A DNA stretch of 64,000 bases. It comes from an uncultured cyanobacterium. GTDB taxonomy: Bacteria > Cyanobacteriota > Cyanobacteriia > Cyanobacteriales > CAWUOF01. The position numbers and the translations under genes are program-made. Each line of letters starts with the position of its first letter. The first letter of the stretch is position 1. The stretch is taken from contig CAVUSO010000001.1 in NCBI GenBank assembly GCA_963744145.1, positions 1,280,001 to 1,344,000 of the forward strand, in the 5' to 3' direction. Below are positions 19,377-29,304 of this stretch, one piece after another. Below the pieces are notes generated by a model that was not told the DNA's origin, did not search any database, and saw only the letters and a program-made list of their open reading frames with translations.

Positions 19377-20699
19377 ATGAACAATGAGCAACTGTGGCGA
19401 ATGTTGACAGGAGAATGTGTCAATGGACAATATCACCTCAAAAAACTCCTGGGCGTCGGCAGTTACGGCGCAGTTTTTCAAGCGGATGAAGTTGTTGGCG
19501 ATCGCTTAATTCGCCAAGTAGCTGTTAAGCTAATTTCTCCAGATGGAGATGATAAAAATCGCGATCGCCAGCTCCAAGAATTAATTACTGCCGTTAATCT
19601 AGATCACCCGAATTTAGTACGCTGCTTTACTTCAGGGTTAGCTGAAATCAAAGGATTTGAATTTTTGTATTTAGTCATGGAGTTAGCAGAAGAAACCCTC
19701 ACCAAAAGTCTTTCAGAAAAAAGCTCTTTGTCTGTGGGAGAAGTGCAAAAAATAGTTGAGGAAATAGCTTCAGCATTGGTTTATCTTCATCATGAACCCG
19801 AGCGGAGAGTACATCGCGATTTGAAACCAGCTAATGTACTAAGAGTAGGCGATCGCTGGAAATTATCAGATTTTAGCTTATTGCGGTCAATCGGTTCTAA
19901 GGGTTCAGCTCGCACCAGTAAAGGTCAGGGAACTAACGGCTATGCTCCTCCAGAAGCTTATGATGGAGTAGTTGCTCCAGCTTGGGATGTGTGGTCATTA
20001 GGAGTAATCATGGTGGAACTGCTCACGGGACAGCCACCCTTTACAGGAGATACAGAGCAGGAATTGATCAAAAAAGTCATGGAGGGTAAACCATCAATCG
20101 AATGGTCAAAAGTCCACCAATCATTCAGAGAGATGATCAAGGGAGCTTTAGAGAAAGAGCGGAAAGACCGATGGACGGCAGAAATGGTGTTGAATACTTT
20201 TAAAGAGCGCCCGACCATATTACCGTCAGCAGATTACCAAAAGTTAGAAAGCTTACTAGCCGCAGGAAAATGGGAAGAAGCTGATCAGGAAACAGCAAAA
20301 AAAATGTGCGCGGTAATGGAGCGAGAAAAAGAAGGTTGGCTAAGACCCGAAGATATTGATAATTTTCCCTGCGAAGACCTTCGCACAATTGATCAACTTT
20401 GGGTACATTATAGCAATGGTCATTTTGGCTTTTCCGTGCAGAAGCGGATCTATCAAAGTCTGGGTGGAACTTGCAACTACGATCAAAACATTTGGACTGC
20501 TCTTGGCGATCGCGTTGGTTGGAGGCAAAATGAACAATGGCTATACTACAATGATCTCACATTCTCAGTCGAAAATTCTCCCGAAGGCCATCTTCCATTG
20601 GGAGTGAGAAAAGCGATTTGGCGCGGTTGTGGTTTTGCAGGTTGGTTTGGTCTTTGTGGCACTTCTCTCGCGTCGAGACTTGGAGATTGTAACATCTAA
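19377..20699 (+). CDS. Ser/Thr kinase-GUN4 protein (copy 3; DFG changed to DFS)
   Basis: Kinase and GUN4-like motifs; LSDFSLL; short linker. Confidence 0.9.
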   Translation: MNNEQLWRMLTGECVNGQYHLKKLLGVGSYGAVFQADEVVGDRLIRQVAVKLISPDGDDKNRDRQLQELITAVNLDHPNLVRCFTSGLAEIKGFEFLYLVMELAEETLTKSLSEKSSLSVGEVQKIVEEIASALVYLHHEPERRVHRDLKPANVLRVGDRWKLSDFSLLRSIGSKGSARTSKGQGTNGYAPPEAYDGVVAPAWDVWSLGVIMVELLTGQPPFTGDTEQELIKKVMEGKPSIEWSKVHQSFREMIKGALEKERKDRWTAEMVLNTFKERPTILPSADYQKLESLLAAGKWEEADQETAKKMCAVMEREKEGWLRPEDIDNFPCEDLRTIDQLWVHYSNGHFGFSVQKRIYQSLGGTCNYDQNIWTALGDRVGWRQNEQWLYYNDLTFSVENSPEGHLPLGVRKAIWRGCGFAGWFGLCGTSLASRLGDCNI

Positions 20700-20716
20700 G
20701 ACTTTCAGACAATTTT

Positions 20717-20820
20717 TAGATTTTATGAATACAATATTTTTCACGAAGCCATCTGCTTGATTTCTTTCCGATACCTGAATGATCCACGACTTGGGGGTTA
20801 TAACAATTAGCGATCGCATT
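20717..20820 (-). pseudogene. 3' remnant of a convergent unknown gene (second copy)
   Basis: Minus strand AIANCYNPQVVDHSGIGKKSSRWLREKYCIHKI*, homologous to the remnant after kinase 1. Confidence 0.5.
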
Positions 20821-20937
20821 TTATCTCTTTGTTAATAAGATTGCGATCGCTGTTTCGGGTAATCAGAATATAATCACTGTTATTGGTGGATGGCGATGGC
20901 GTTGCCGTGATAATTTTCATTGATAGTTCAGTTACTT

Positions 20938-21290
20938 GTAGGGGCGAAGCATTCGGGCGACAATTAATCGCACAAAACTTTACCCTGAGCGTTCCCTGAG
21001 CGGAGTCGAAGGGCGGAGTCGAAGGGCGGAGTCGAAGGGCAGTAATATTATATCCGAATGCTTCGCCCTTCTTCGCCGATATCTCCCAAAACATTCTTAA
21101 TTGAACCGGATTGATATATCATTAATTGAACCGGATTGATATATCATTAATTGAACCGGGTTTATCTATTAATTGAACCGGATTTATATATAGTTGATCT
21201 GTTGGTTTCATCGATGGTGAGGGCAAAGCATTTCGGTAATGGTTTCTTCGTTTGGGCGATAATTTCTTCACCGAAATGCTTTGCCCCTAC
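20938..21290. repeat. Composite REP-like module (4 central units; 13-bp GGCGGAGTCGAAG triplicated in the loop of hairpin A)
   Basis: Same A + tandem + B layout. Confidence 0.85.
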
Positions 21291-21350
21291 AGGGAACTGA
21301 ATCGGCTGGTGTTTTCTCCTATAGATCGCTATTAAATTGAATTAATCTAT

Positions 21351-21958
21351 TATGGTTATGCAATGTGTGGATTTAGTAGCCAATTGCAGTTTCCCATCGT
21401 CAAACTCTTAGACTACCAAGAACAATGGGAGTTTTTGGAACAAAGTACCAATCATGAAAGCAGTAATTGTCATGGCACATTTAACAGCAAAGGAAACCAC
21501 CAGAGATCCACAAAGAAGATTACAAGGGAAACTCAGCATAGTGCGGGGACTATATGAACGGGGCTATAATAGGGAGGAAATCAAGCGAACTATTTCGGTT
21601 AATTGACTGGATGATGGTATTACCAGACCAGCTAGAACAGGATTTTCGGGTGGAATACAAACGGTTTCAGGAGGAAAATCAAGTGCCATATATCACCAGT
21701 ATTGAACGTTTAGCCAAAGCAGAAGGTAGAGAAGAAGGCTTAGAAGAAGGGATCGAACAAGGAATCGAACGAGGCAGTGTACAAAATTCACGGGAAAATA
21801 TCATCACGGTGTTGGAGACTAGGTTTGGAGAAGTGCCAGAAATCTTCAGAGAGCGGATTAATCAAATCGAAAATTTAGCCACATTAAGACAACTTCTCAT
21901 TCGTGGCATTACGATCGCTTCTTTCGAGGATTTTGAGCAAGAAATCTCTTCAAATTAG
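21351..21958 (+). pseudogene. 5'-truncated duplicate of the Rpn-like gene
   Basis: Near-identical to 18616-19235, with the same frameshift plus a further lesion near 21455. Confidence 0.85.
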
Positions 21959-22096
21959 TCACTAGGATCTAGTTAATTCCAATATTGGGTTGAGGAGCGA
22001 TCGCAATTTATCTGCTCTTATATAGAGATTTAGATGCGATCGCCTCTTCTCAAAATACACCCCGATACAAATTGAAGAAATTGAGCGAAAAAGTCT

Positions 22097-23488
22097 ATGC
22101 ACGATCAGCAACTGTGGCGAATCTTAGAAGGAGAATGTGTCAACGGACAATATCATCTCAAAAAACTATTAGGAGTAGGAGGCTTTGGAGGAGTTTTTCA
22201 AGCAGATGAAGTGGTCGGCGATCGCCTAGTTCGAGAAGTAGCTATTAAGCTAATTTCCCCAGATAGTGATGAAAAAAATCGCGATCGCCAGCTCCAAGAA
22301 TTGATTGATGCTGTTAATCTAGATCACCCCAATTTAGTGCGATGCTTTACTTCTGGTTTAGTTGAAATCAAAGGGTTTAAATTTTTGTATTTAGTAATGG
22401 AACTAGCCCAAGAAACCCTGGCTAAACGTCTAGAAAAAAGCTCTTTGTCGGTGGAAGAAGTGCAAAAAATCGTCCAGGAAATCGCTGCTGGATTGGTTTA
22501 TCTTCATCATGAACCCGATCCGAAAGTACATCGCGATTTGAAGCCTGCTAATGTACTAAGAGTAGGCGATCGCTGGAAATTATCAGATTTTGGCTTATTG
22601 CGTTCAATCGGTTCTAAAGGTTCAGCTCGTACCAGTAAAGGTGGGGGAACTTACAGCTATGCTCCCCCAGAAGCTTATGACGGAGTAGTTGCTCCAGCTT
22701 GGGATGTATGGTCATTAGGAGTAATCATGGTGGAAATGCTCACAGGACAGCTACCCTTTACAGGAGATACAGAGCAGGAATTGATCGTAAAAGTAATGGA
22801 GGGTAAACCATCAATCGAATGGTCAAAAGTCCACCAATCATTCAGAGAGATGATCAAGGGAGCTTTAGAGAAAGAGCGGAAAGACCGATGGACAGCAGAA
22901 ATGGTGCTGAATACTTTGACCGGACTAACCCCAACTCGTCCAACAGAAAGCCAGCAGACTGTATCCTTGAAGTCAGCAAAAGGAATAGATTACACTAATT
23001 TACAATGCTTACTAGCCGCAGGGAAATGGGAGGAAGCTGATGAAGAAACATATAAAAAAATGTGCGAGGTCATGGGACGACAAAGAGAAGGTTGGCTAGA
23101 TGTCGAACAGATCGATAATTTTCCTAGTGAAGACCTTCGCACAATTGATCAACTTTGGGTAAAATCTAGTAACGGTCATTTTGGCTTTTCTGTGCAAAAG
23201 CGCATCTATCAAAGTCTGGGTGGAACCCAGAACTATGATCAGACAATTTGGGAAGCTTTTGGCGATCGCATCGGTTGGAGGAAAAATGGATACTGGATAT
23301 CTACCAGTAAACACACCTTCTCAAAGGATTCTCCCGTTGGCCATCTCCCCTCGGCGAGGTGGGGGCGCGATTGGGGTACTATGGTGGCGGCGGCGGCTGT
23401 GTGGGGGTGGCGTTATTTTATCGGGGGGGAAGGGATTTTTGATGGTTTTAAATGTGGGTGGTCTCTTCTCTCGCGTCGAGACTTGTAA
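22097..23488 (+). CDS. Ser/Thr kinase-GUN4 protein (copy 4)
   Basis: LGVGGFGG, HRDLKPAN, DFG, GUN4-like motifs; ends LLSRRDL* by reading the shared 3' anchor in another frame. Confidence 0.92.
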   Translation: MHDQQLWRILEGECVNGQYHLKKLLGVGGFGGVFQADEVVGDRLVREVAIKLISPDSDEKNRDRQLQELIDAVNLDHPNLVRCFTSGLVEIKGFKFLYLVMELAQETLAKRLEKSSLSVEEVQKIVQEIAAGLVYLHHEPDPKVHRDLKPANVLRVGDRWKLSDFGLLRSIGSKGSARTSKGGGTYSYAPPEAYDGVVAPAWDVWSLGVIMVEMLTGQLPFTGDTEQELIVKVMEGKPSIEWSKVHQSFREMIKGALEKERKDRWTAEMVLNTLTGLTPTRPTESQQTVSLKSAKGIDYTNLQCLLAAGKWEEADEETYKKMCEVMGRQREGWLDVEQIDNFPSEDLRTIDQLWVKSSNGHFGFSVQKRIYQSLGGTQNYDQTIWEAFGDRIGWRKNGYWISTSKHTFSKDSPVGHLPSARWGRDWGTMVAAAAVWGWRYFIGGEGIFDGFKCGWSLLSRRDL

Positions 23489-23499
23489 ACATCAAAACA

Positions 23500-23672
23500 T
23501 TCTTAATTGAACCGGATTTATATATAGTTGATCTGTTGGTTTCATAGATGGTGAGGGCAAAGCATTTCGGTAATGTTTTCTGCCCTTCGACTTCGCCCTT
23601 CGACTTCGCTCAGGGAACACTCAGGGTAAACGTTTGGGCAATAATTTCTTCGCCGAAATGCTTTGCCCCTAC
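23500..23672. repeat. Partial composite module (1 central unit + hairpin B with inserted CTTCGACTTCGC repeats)
   Basis: TTAATTGAACCGGATTTATAT followed by hairpin B. Confidence 0.8.
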
Positions 23673-23864
23673 AGGGAACTGAATCGGCTGGTGTTTTCTC
23701 ATGTAGATCGATATTAAATTGAATTAATCTATTATCGTAAATTGGGATAATCAATGATGTTTAAGTGCGATCGCATTATGGTTTTAATTGGAGGCGATCT
23801 CACTTAGATAACTAATTATTTGCTAAAATGAGAAAGAAGTCAAGGTGATCACTGGGTTGTTTCG

Positions 23865-24170
23865 TCAAATTTCGCGATTTCTATTTTTCCAGTAATTCGG
23901 TTTGCGTCTGCTATGCGCGATCGCCATAACCAAAATCTCTTCTTCTAGCTCTGTATAGAAAATTACATAGGGAAACCTTTGAATAGGATAACGGCGTATT
24001 CCTTGAATATGGTGCAAAGCTCCTAAGTTGGGGTTGTCCTGAATTTTAAGCAGGCTTTTTTCTACTTCAGACAACAAATCTAATCCCAAGCCTACTTGTT
24101 GAGTTTCATAGTAAGCTATTGCAGCGTCAAGCTCTGCCCGAGCTTCAATGTGGATACTAATAAACTTCAC
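23865..24170 (-). CDS. RelE/ParE-family toxin
   Basis: HIEARAELDAAIAYYE...RFPYVIFY...MAIAHSRRKPNYW. Confidence 0.88.
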   Translation of the reverse strand: MKFISIHIEARAELDAAIAYYETQQVGLGLDLLSEVEKSLLKIQDNPNLGALHHIQGIRRYPIQRFPYVIFYTELEEEILVMAIAHSRRKPNYWKNRNREI

Positions 24171-24397
24171 GAATATTTTTCTCGTAATTCAGCAAAAACT
24201 TTAGATGCTGGTTCTACAACAGCGGTTTTGTTATTAAAACTTTCTAACCTTTTGACTAATTCCATATCCCAAGCTGTTTCTAGATCATCATCTATCCCTT
24301 CATGTAGAGAATGAATCAAAAAATAGGCAATTTCAGCACGCTCTTTTAGAGAAAGCTGAGAAAGTTCGAGTTTAAGTTTTTCTGCCGTTTCACTCAT
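24167..24397 (-). CDS. Addiction-module antitoxin (TIGR02574-like)
   Basis: LSLKERAEIAYFLIHSL...AWDMELVKRL; 4-nt overlap with the toxin. Confidence 0.85.
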   Translation of the reverse strand: MSETAEKLKLELSQLSLKERAEIAYFLIHSLHEGIDDDLETAWDMELVKRLESFNNKTAVVEPASKVFAELREKYS

Positions 24398-24752
24398 ATT
24401 TTTAATATTTTCCCAACCAGTCTGATTATATTGTATTCAACCATCTCAATAGTCGGGACAGTTTTTAGAGAAATAGTTGAAACCGTCATTCGATCGTTGG
24501 CGATCATTAGGATCTTGGATGCCAAAACCCTCATTCTACCGTTGCCAATTAAAAAGTGTTTGAAGTATTTATATAATAATATAGCCGATTATTACCTAAT
24601 TAGTCAACAATTTTGTCAATGAGCGAGCGTTTGTCCGTTTTGATATGAGTTAGAATAATGAGCCTCGGGGTAAACGATCATTTTAAAATCAAAATACCCC
24701 TAGTAGCTAACAAGTCAGCCCCAGGGGTAAAATTAGGCTAGCACTGAAAAAA

Positions 24753-26129
24753 TCAGGTAGTTGGAGAAGCTAGTTTTTTCTCCAGAGTGGAAATTGGGCT
24801 AGTTTCCAAGTCATGTTCAGCTTGCGATCGCTGTAATTTAGCGCCTAATTGTTGTAATTTCAGATCCAATTTCTCATAACCTCGGTCTAAATGATGGAGA
24901 GAGTGGATCGTGGTCTTTCCTTCTGCTGCTAATGCAGCTAGTACCAAAGCTGCGGAAGCTCTTAAATCTGTCGCTACTACCGGAGCTCCAGATAAGATCG
25001 GCACTCCACGGATAATCGCATTATTACCTTTGACCCGGATATCAGCACCCATCCGATTTAACTCAGCGACATGTCGCAACCGATTTTCAAACACTGTTTC
25101 TGTAATTACACTATCACCCTCACATAGAGTCAGCAAAGCCATAAATTGAGCTTGCATATCAGTGGGAAAACCGGGATAGGGTAAAGTTTCAATATCCGTT
25201 GCGATCGGGTTTTGCTTACAAACAATCCGGAGTTGATTAGGAGTTTCGACGATAATCTCTGCTCCCATCGTCCGCAGTTTAGAAATCACCGCTTTGAGAT
25301 GATCTGGGATTAAGGGAGCCAAAGTCAGTTCCGATCGGGTAATTGCTGCAGCGACCAGAAAAGTTCCTGCCTCAATCCGATCGGGAATAATGCTATAGTC
25401 AGCCGCGTGTAATTTGGGCACTCCAGCAATGACGATCGTCTTAGTCCCAGCACCCTGAATCCGAGCGCCCATGGACTGACAGAAATTGGCTAAATCGATT
25501 ACCTCTGGCTCTTGGGCAGCATTTTCAATGGTAGTTTCTCCATCCGCTAGAGTTGCAGCCATCATTAAGGTTTCTGTTGCACCAACACTGGGGTAATCCA
25601 GATAAATATTGGCACCTTTTAACCTTTTACCGGGAGCATAAGCATGGACAATCCCATGATCGATCTGAACATTAGCCCCCATTGCTGCTAAACCTCGGAC
25701 ATGGAGTTCCACGGGTCTAGCACCGATCGCACATCCACCCGGTAGGGGAATTTCCGCTACTCCCAACCTTGCTAGCATTGGTCCAATCACAAAAAAACTG
25801 GCCCGGAGTTGGCTGACCAGCTCGTAGGGTGCTTGCGATTGTTTGATGTTACTAGCATTGATATCTAAAACATCACCATTTCTTTCTAACTTGACACCTA
25901 AAGTTGACAGGATTTGGCCCATGCGGTCCACATCAACTAGAGATGGTACATTCTGGATGCGACAATCTTGGGGACAAAGTAAAGCTCCAGCCATAATTGC
26001 TAAAGCTGAATTTTTGGCACCACTGATTTTGACTTGTCCTTGCAATTGAGAGCGTCCCCAAATTTGCAAAACTGACTTCTCTACTTCCGGTGAAGCAGGA
26101 ACATTTGGCAGCTTGAAAGAGTCAGTAAT
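24753..26129 (-). CDS. murA: UDP-N-acetylglucosamine 1-carboxyvinyltransferase
   Basis: [32 protein letters not shown]. Start is either ATT 26129 (after GGAGG) or TTG 26069. Confidence 0.95.
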   Translation of the reverse strand: MTDSFKLPNVPASPEVEKSVLQIWGRSQLQGQVKISGAKNSALAIMAGALLCPQDCRIQNVPSLVDVDRMGQILSTLGVKLERNGDVLDINASNIKQSQAPYELVSQLRASFFVIGPMLARLGVAEIPLPGGCAIGARPVELHVRGLAAMGANVQIDHGIVHAYAPGKRLKGANIYLDYPSVGATETLMMAATLADGETTIENAAQEPEVIDLANFCQSMGARIQGAGTKTIVIAGVPKLHAADYSIIPDRIEAGTFLVAAAITRSELTLAPLIPDHLKAVISKLRTMGAEIIVETPNQLRIVCKQNPIATDIETLPYPGFPTDMQAQFMALLTLCEGDSVITETVFENRLRHVAELNRMGADIRVKGNNAIIRGVPILSGAPVVATDLRASAALVLAALAAEGKTTIHSLHHLDRGYEKLDLKLQQLGAKLQRSQAEHDLETSPISTLEKKLASPTT

Positions 26130-26344
26130 GGGTCTATCCTCCGCTATCTATGAAGTTTAGATTTCTTCAAATTTGGTTTTGATTCTACCGGAAAGATTCT
26201 AAATGTCGAGTATTATTAGTCAATCTGACCAAATTGTTCATTAATCTCTCATTTTCTCTATGTGTCAGCTTTCTCTTGCCTTAGTCTTGACAAGATAAAA
26301 AATTGTGTTAGGATGGTAAATCGCAACTCTAAATTGTGTTAGAT

Positions 26345-26428
26345 GCGGATCTGGCGGAATTGGTAGACGCGCTAGATTCAGGTTCTAGTGTCCGCAAGGA
26401 CTTCCGGGTTCAAGTCCCGGGTTCCGCA
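26345..26428 (+). tRNA. trnL: tRNA-Leu (CAG)
   Basis: GCGGATCTGGCGGAATTGGTAGACGCGCTAGATTCAGGTTCTAG...GTTCAAGTCCCGGGTTCCGCA. Confidence 0.95.
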
Positions 26429-26502
26429 TTTTTTTTGATTACAACTGGAATAAAATTGTCGTTAGCCATGAAAACGGTCAGTTTAATCATCACCATTGGT
26501 CA

Positions 26503-27306
26503 ATGCTAACCAGTCTCCAGAATCCATTAGTGAAGCAGATGCGTAAACTGCATCAAGCTAAAGAACGACGGGAACAGCAGTTGTTTTTATTAGAAGGGAC
26601 ACACTTATTAACTGAAGCTTGTGCTGTAAATTACCCTCTAGTTACAGTTTGCTGTACTCCCGCTTGGCAGGAACATCAGTCTCAATTATGGCAGCTCCTG
26701 TCGGAAAAAGCGGATCGGACAGAAATTGTCTCAGCAGAAGTATTAGGGGCGATCGCCTCGACGGTTAACCCTGATGGTATAGTCGCTACAGCCAAACGAC
26801 TTCCTCTGGTTACTTATCCCCAAACAAAAATTAAATTAGGATTAGCTTTAGAAACTTTACAAGACCCAGGAAATTTGGGCACAATTATTCGCACTGCGGC
26901 GGCAGCAAATGTTCAGTCATTATGGTTAAGTGCTGATAGTGTAGATGTAGATCACCCAAAAGTCTTGCGAGCCTCAGCTGGAGCATGGTTTCACTTACCA
27001 ATGGTTCAATATCCTGATTTAAAAACAGAAATATTGGACTGCAAAAAGCAAGGGATACAAATAATTGGCACTCTTCCCCAAGCCGAGCAGGTCTATTGGG
27101 AAGTAAACTTTCAACAACCAAGTCTAATTTTATTAGGAAATGAAGGTGCAGGACTCTCAGCCGATCTAATCGCCCTCACAGATCAGCAAGTAAAAATTCC
27201 GATCAGTGCTAGGGTAGAATCTCTAAATGTGGCGATCGCTGCTGCCCTGATTTTATATGAAGCCCAACGCCAACACCATCTGATGTCCTCTCATTCTGGA
27301 GAATGA
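26503..27306 (+). CDS. TrmH/SpoU family RNA methyltransferase
   Basis: QDPGNLGTIIRTA, LGNEGAG, ESLNVAIA. Confidence 0.92.
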   Translation: MLTSLQNPLVKQMRKLHQAKERREQQLFLLEGTHLLTEACAVNYPLVTVCCTPAWQEHQSQLWQLLSEKADRTEIVSAEVLGAIASTVNPDGIVATAKRLPLVTYPQTKIKLGLALETLQDPGNLGTIIRTAAAANVQSLWLSADSVDVDHPKVLRASAGAWFHLPMVQYPDLKTEILDCKKQGIQIIGTLPQAEQVYWEVNFQQPSLILLGNEGAGLSADLIALTDQQVKIPISARVESLNVAIAAALILYEAQRQHHLMSSHSGE

Positions 27307-27527
27307 GGATGCAAAGATTCGATATATTGCTCAATATCGGCTGCTGCTGCTTCTAAATCATGCAGATCAAAAGCTTTTTCTGGATGGTAGGCAGAATTTG
27401 ACCCATTATGCTCAGGTTTAGCTCTAGACTTGGACAGAGGTTCCTCATCGACGGCTAAAGTTTTTGGTAACTCTTCTAGTGCATCAAAAAAGGCTTTCGT
27501 TGCATCTTGACGCTCGTGAATGCTCAT
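27291..27527 (-). CDS. Hypothetical protein
   Basis: 78 aa ORF ending LEAAAADIEQYI. Confidence 0.6.
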   Translation of the reverse strand: MSIHERQDATKAFFDALEELPKTLAVDEEPLSKSRAKPEHNGSNSAYHPEKAFDLHDLEAAAADIEQYIESLHPHSPE

Positions 27528-27762
27528 GTTGATGATCTATCATCATAGGTTCCCCCTTTTGGTATAAAAAAACTTTAACTATCTGTTTTAAACCTTTATA
27601 CCTACATTTTCAGCCAATCCAGGAATATAAACCAGGTACTAACCCAATTGTCAATTTAGAATCAACCTCATGCTGAGTGTACCCAGATTTTCTTGATGTT
27701 GCTACTTTTAGATTTTGCGTCTACAGAACCATTACCATTAAAAAATAGATCTAGGGAAACTG

Positions 27763-29196
27763 ATGGAGAGTAATGTGACTCAAGGATTTGATTATGATCT
27801 TGTAATTATTGGCGCTGGTGTAGGGGGACATGGTGCTGCCTTACACGCGGTGAGCTGCGGTTTAAAAACAGCGATTGTGGAAGCAGCAGAAATGGGTGGA
27901 ACCTGTGTGAATCGTGGTTGTATTCCCTCAAAAGCTCTTTTAGCTGCATCCGGTAAAGTCCGAGAGTTACGCAATGCTCACCATTTAAAAGCTTTAGGTA
28001 TTCAAGTTGCTCAGGTTGAATACGATCAACAAGCGATCGCGAGTCATGCTAGCAATCTGGTGACTAAGATTCGCACAGATCTGACTAATAGCTTGAAGCG
28101 GTTAGGGGTTGATGTCTTGACTGGACATGGTCAAGTTACGGCTGTCCAAAAAGTCCAAATTGGTGAAAAGACGGTCACAGCTAAGGATATAATTCTTGCT
28201 CCCGGTTCGGTTCCTTGGGTCCCACCAGGAATTGAAATTGATGGCAAAACCGTTTTTACCAGTGATGATGGTGTAAAATTGGCGTCTCTTCCTCCTTGGA
28301 TCGCAATTATTGGTAGTGGCTATATCGGGTTAGAATTTTCTGATATCTATTCCGCTTTGGGCTGCGAGATTACCATGATTGAAGCCCTAGATCAACTTAT
28401 GCCCGGATTTGACCCTGATATTGCTAAACAAGCTAAACGGGTACTTATTGATCCCCGTGATATTGAAACCAAAGTTGGTTTATTAGCGAAAAAAGTTACT
28501 CCTGGTTCTCCGGTTGTCATTGAATTAGCAGATGCTAAGACTAAAGAAGTAGTTGAAGTTTTGGAAGTAGATGCTTGTCTGGTCGCTACAGGTCGGATTC
28601 CAGCTACTAGTAATTTAGGATTAGAAACTGTCGGAATTACACTTGATCGGCGCGGTTTTATTGCCGTTAATGATCAAATGGCAGTATTGTTAGATGGAGA
28701 ACCTATCCCTCATCTCTGGGCTATTGGTGATGCTACTGGCAAAATGATGCTAGCTCATGCTGCTTCTGCTCAAGGGATTGTGGCTGTAGAAAATATTTGT
28801 GGACGCGATCGCACAGTCGATTATAACAGTATTCCGGCGGCTGCTTTTACCCATCCAGAAATTAGCTTTGTGGGAATGACTGAACCAGCAGCTCAAGCAA
28901 AAGCTGAAGCTGAAGGGTTTAAGATATCCACAGTCAAAACTTATTTTAAAGGTAATTCTAAGGCGATCGCCGAGGGTGAAACTGACGGGTTAGCAAAGGT
29001 AATCTATCGTCAAGATACGGGTGAACTCTTAGGTGCCCATATTTTTGGTTTGCACGCTGCGGATTTAATCCAAGAAGCAGCTAATGCGATCGCTCTCCAC
29101 CAGTCAGTCCGTGATTTAGCTTTTCTAGTTCATACCCATCCGACTCTTTCGGAAGTGCTAGATGAAGCTTTCAAACGAACAGTTAGCACTCATTAA
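27763..29196 (+). CDS. lpdA: Dihydrolipoamide dehydrogenase
   Basis: [27 protein letters not shown]. Confidence 0.95.
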   Translation: MESNVTQGFDYDLVIIGAGVGGHGAALHAVSCGLKTAIVEAAEMGGTCVNRGCIPSKALLAASGKVRELRNAHHLKALGIQVAQVEYDQQAIASHASNLVTKIRTDLTNSLKRLGVDVLTGHGQVTAVQKVQIGEKTVTAKDIILAPGSVPWVPPGIEIDGKTVFTSDDGVKLASLPPWIAIIGSGYIGLEFSDIYSALGCEITMIEALDQLMPGFDPDIAKQAKRVLIDPRDIETKVGLLAKKVTPGSPVVIELADAKTKEVVEVLEVDACLVATGRIPATSNLGLETVGITLDRRGFIAVNDQMAVLLDGEPIPHLWAIGDATGKMMLAHAASAQGIVAVENICGRDRTVDYNSIPAAAFTHPEISFVGMTEPAAQAKAEAEGFKISTVKTYFKGNSKAIAEGETDGLAKVIYRQDTGELLGAHIFGLHAADLIQEAANAIALHQSVRDLAFLVHTHPTLSEVLDEAFKRTVSTH

Positions 29197-29206
29197 AACT
29201 AGCCTG

Positions 29207-29233
29207 AATAGGGTGAGTATTGCTCACCCTATT
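29207..29233. terminator. Hairpin after lpdA
   Basis: AATAGGGTGAG-TATTG-CTCACCCTATT. Confidence 0.55.
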
Positions 29234-29304
29234 AAATTAGATTTTTCTTGAATTGATAATTTAGAGAAATTATCGATCACAGCTTATTTAGCTACAATTA
29301 TCCT

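Noticed and set aside
13911..23488. Classical DGR
   Set aside because: No reverse transcriptase, Avd or template repeat is visible, and the variable segments differ in length and do not align.
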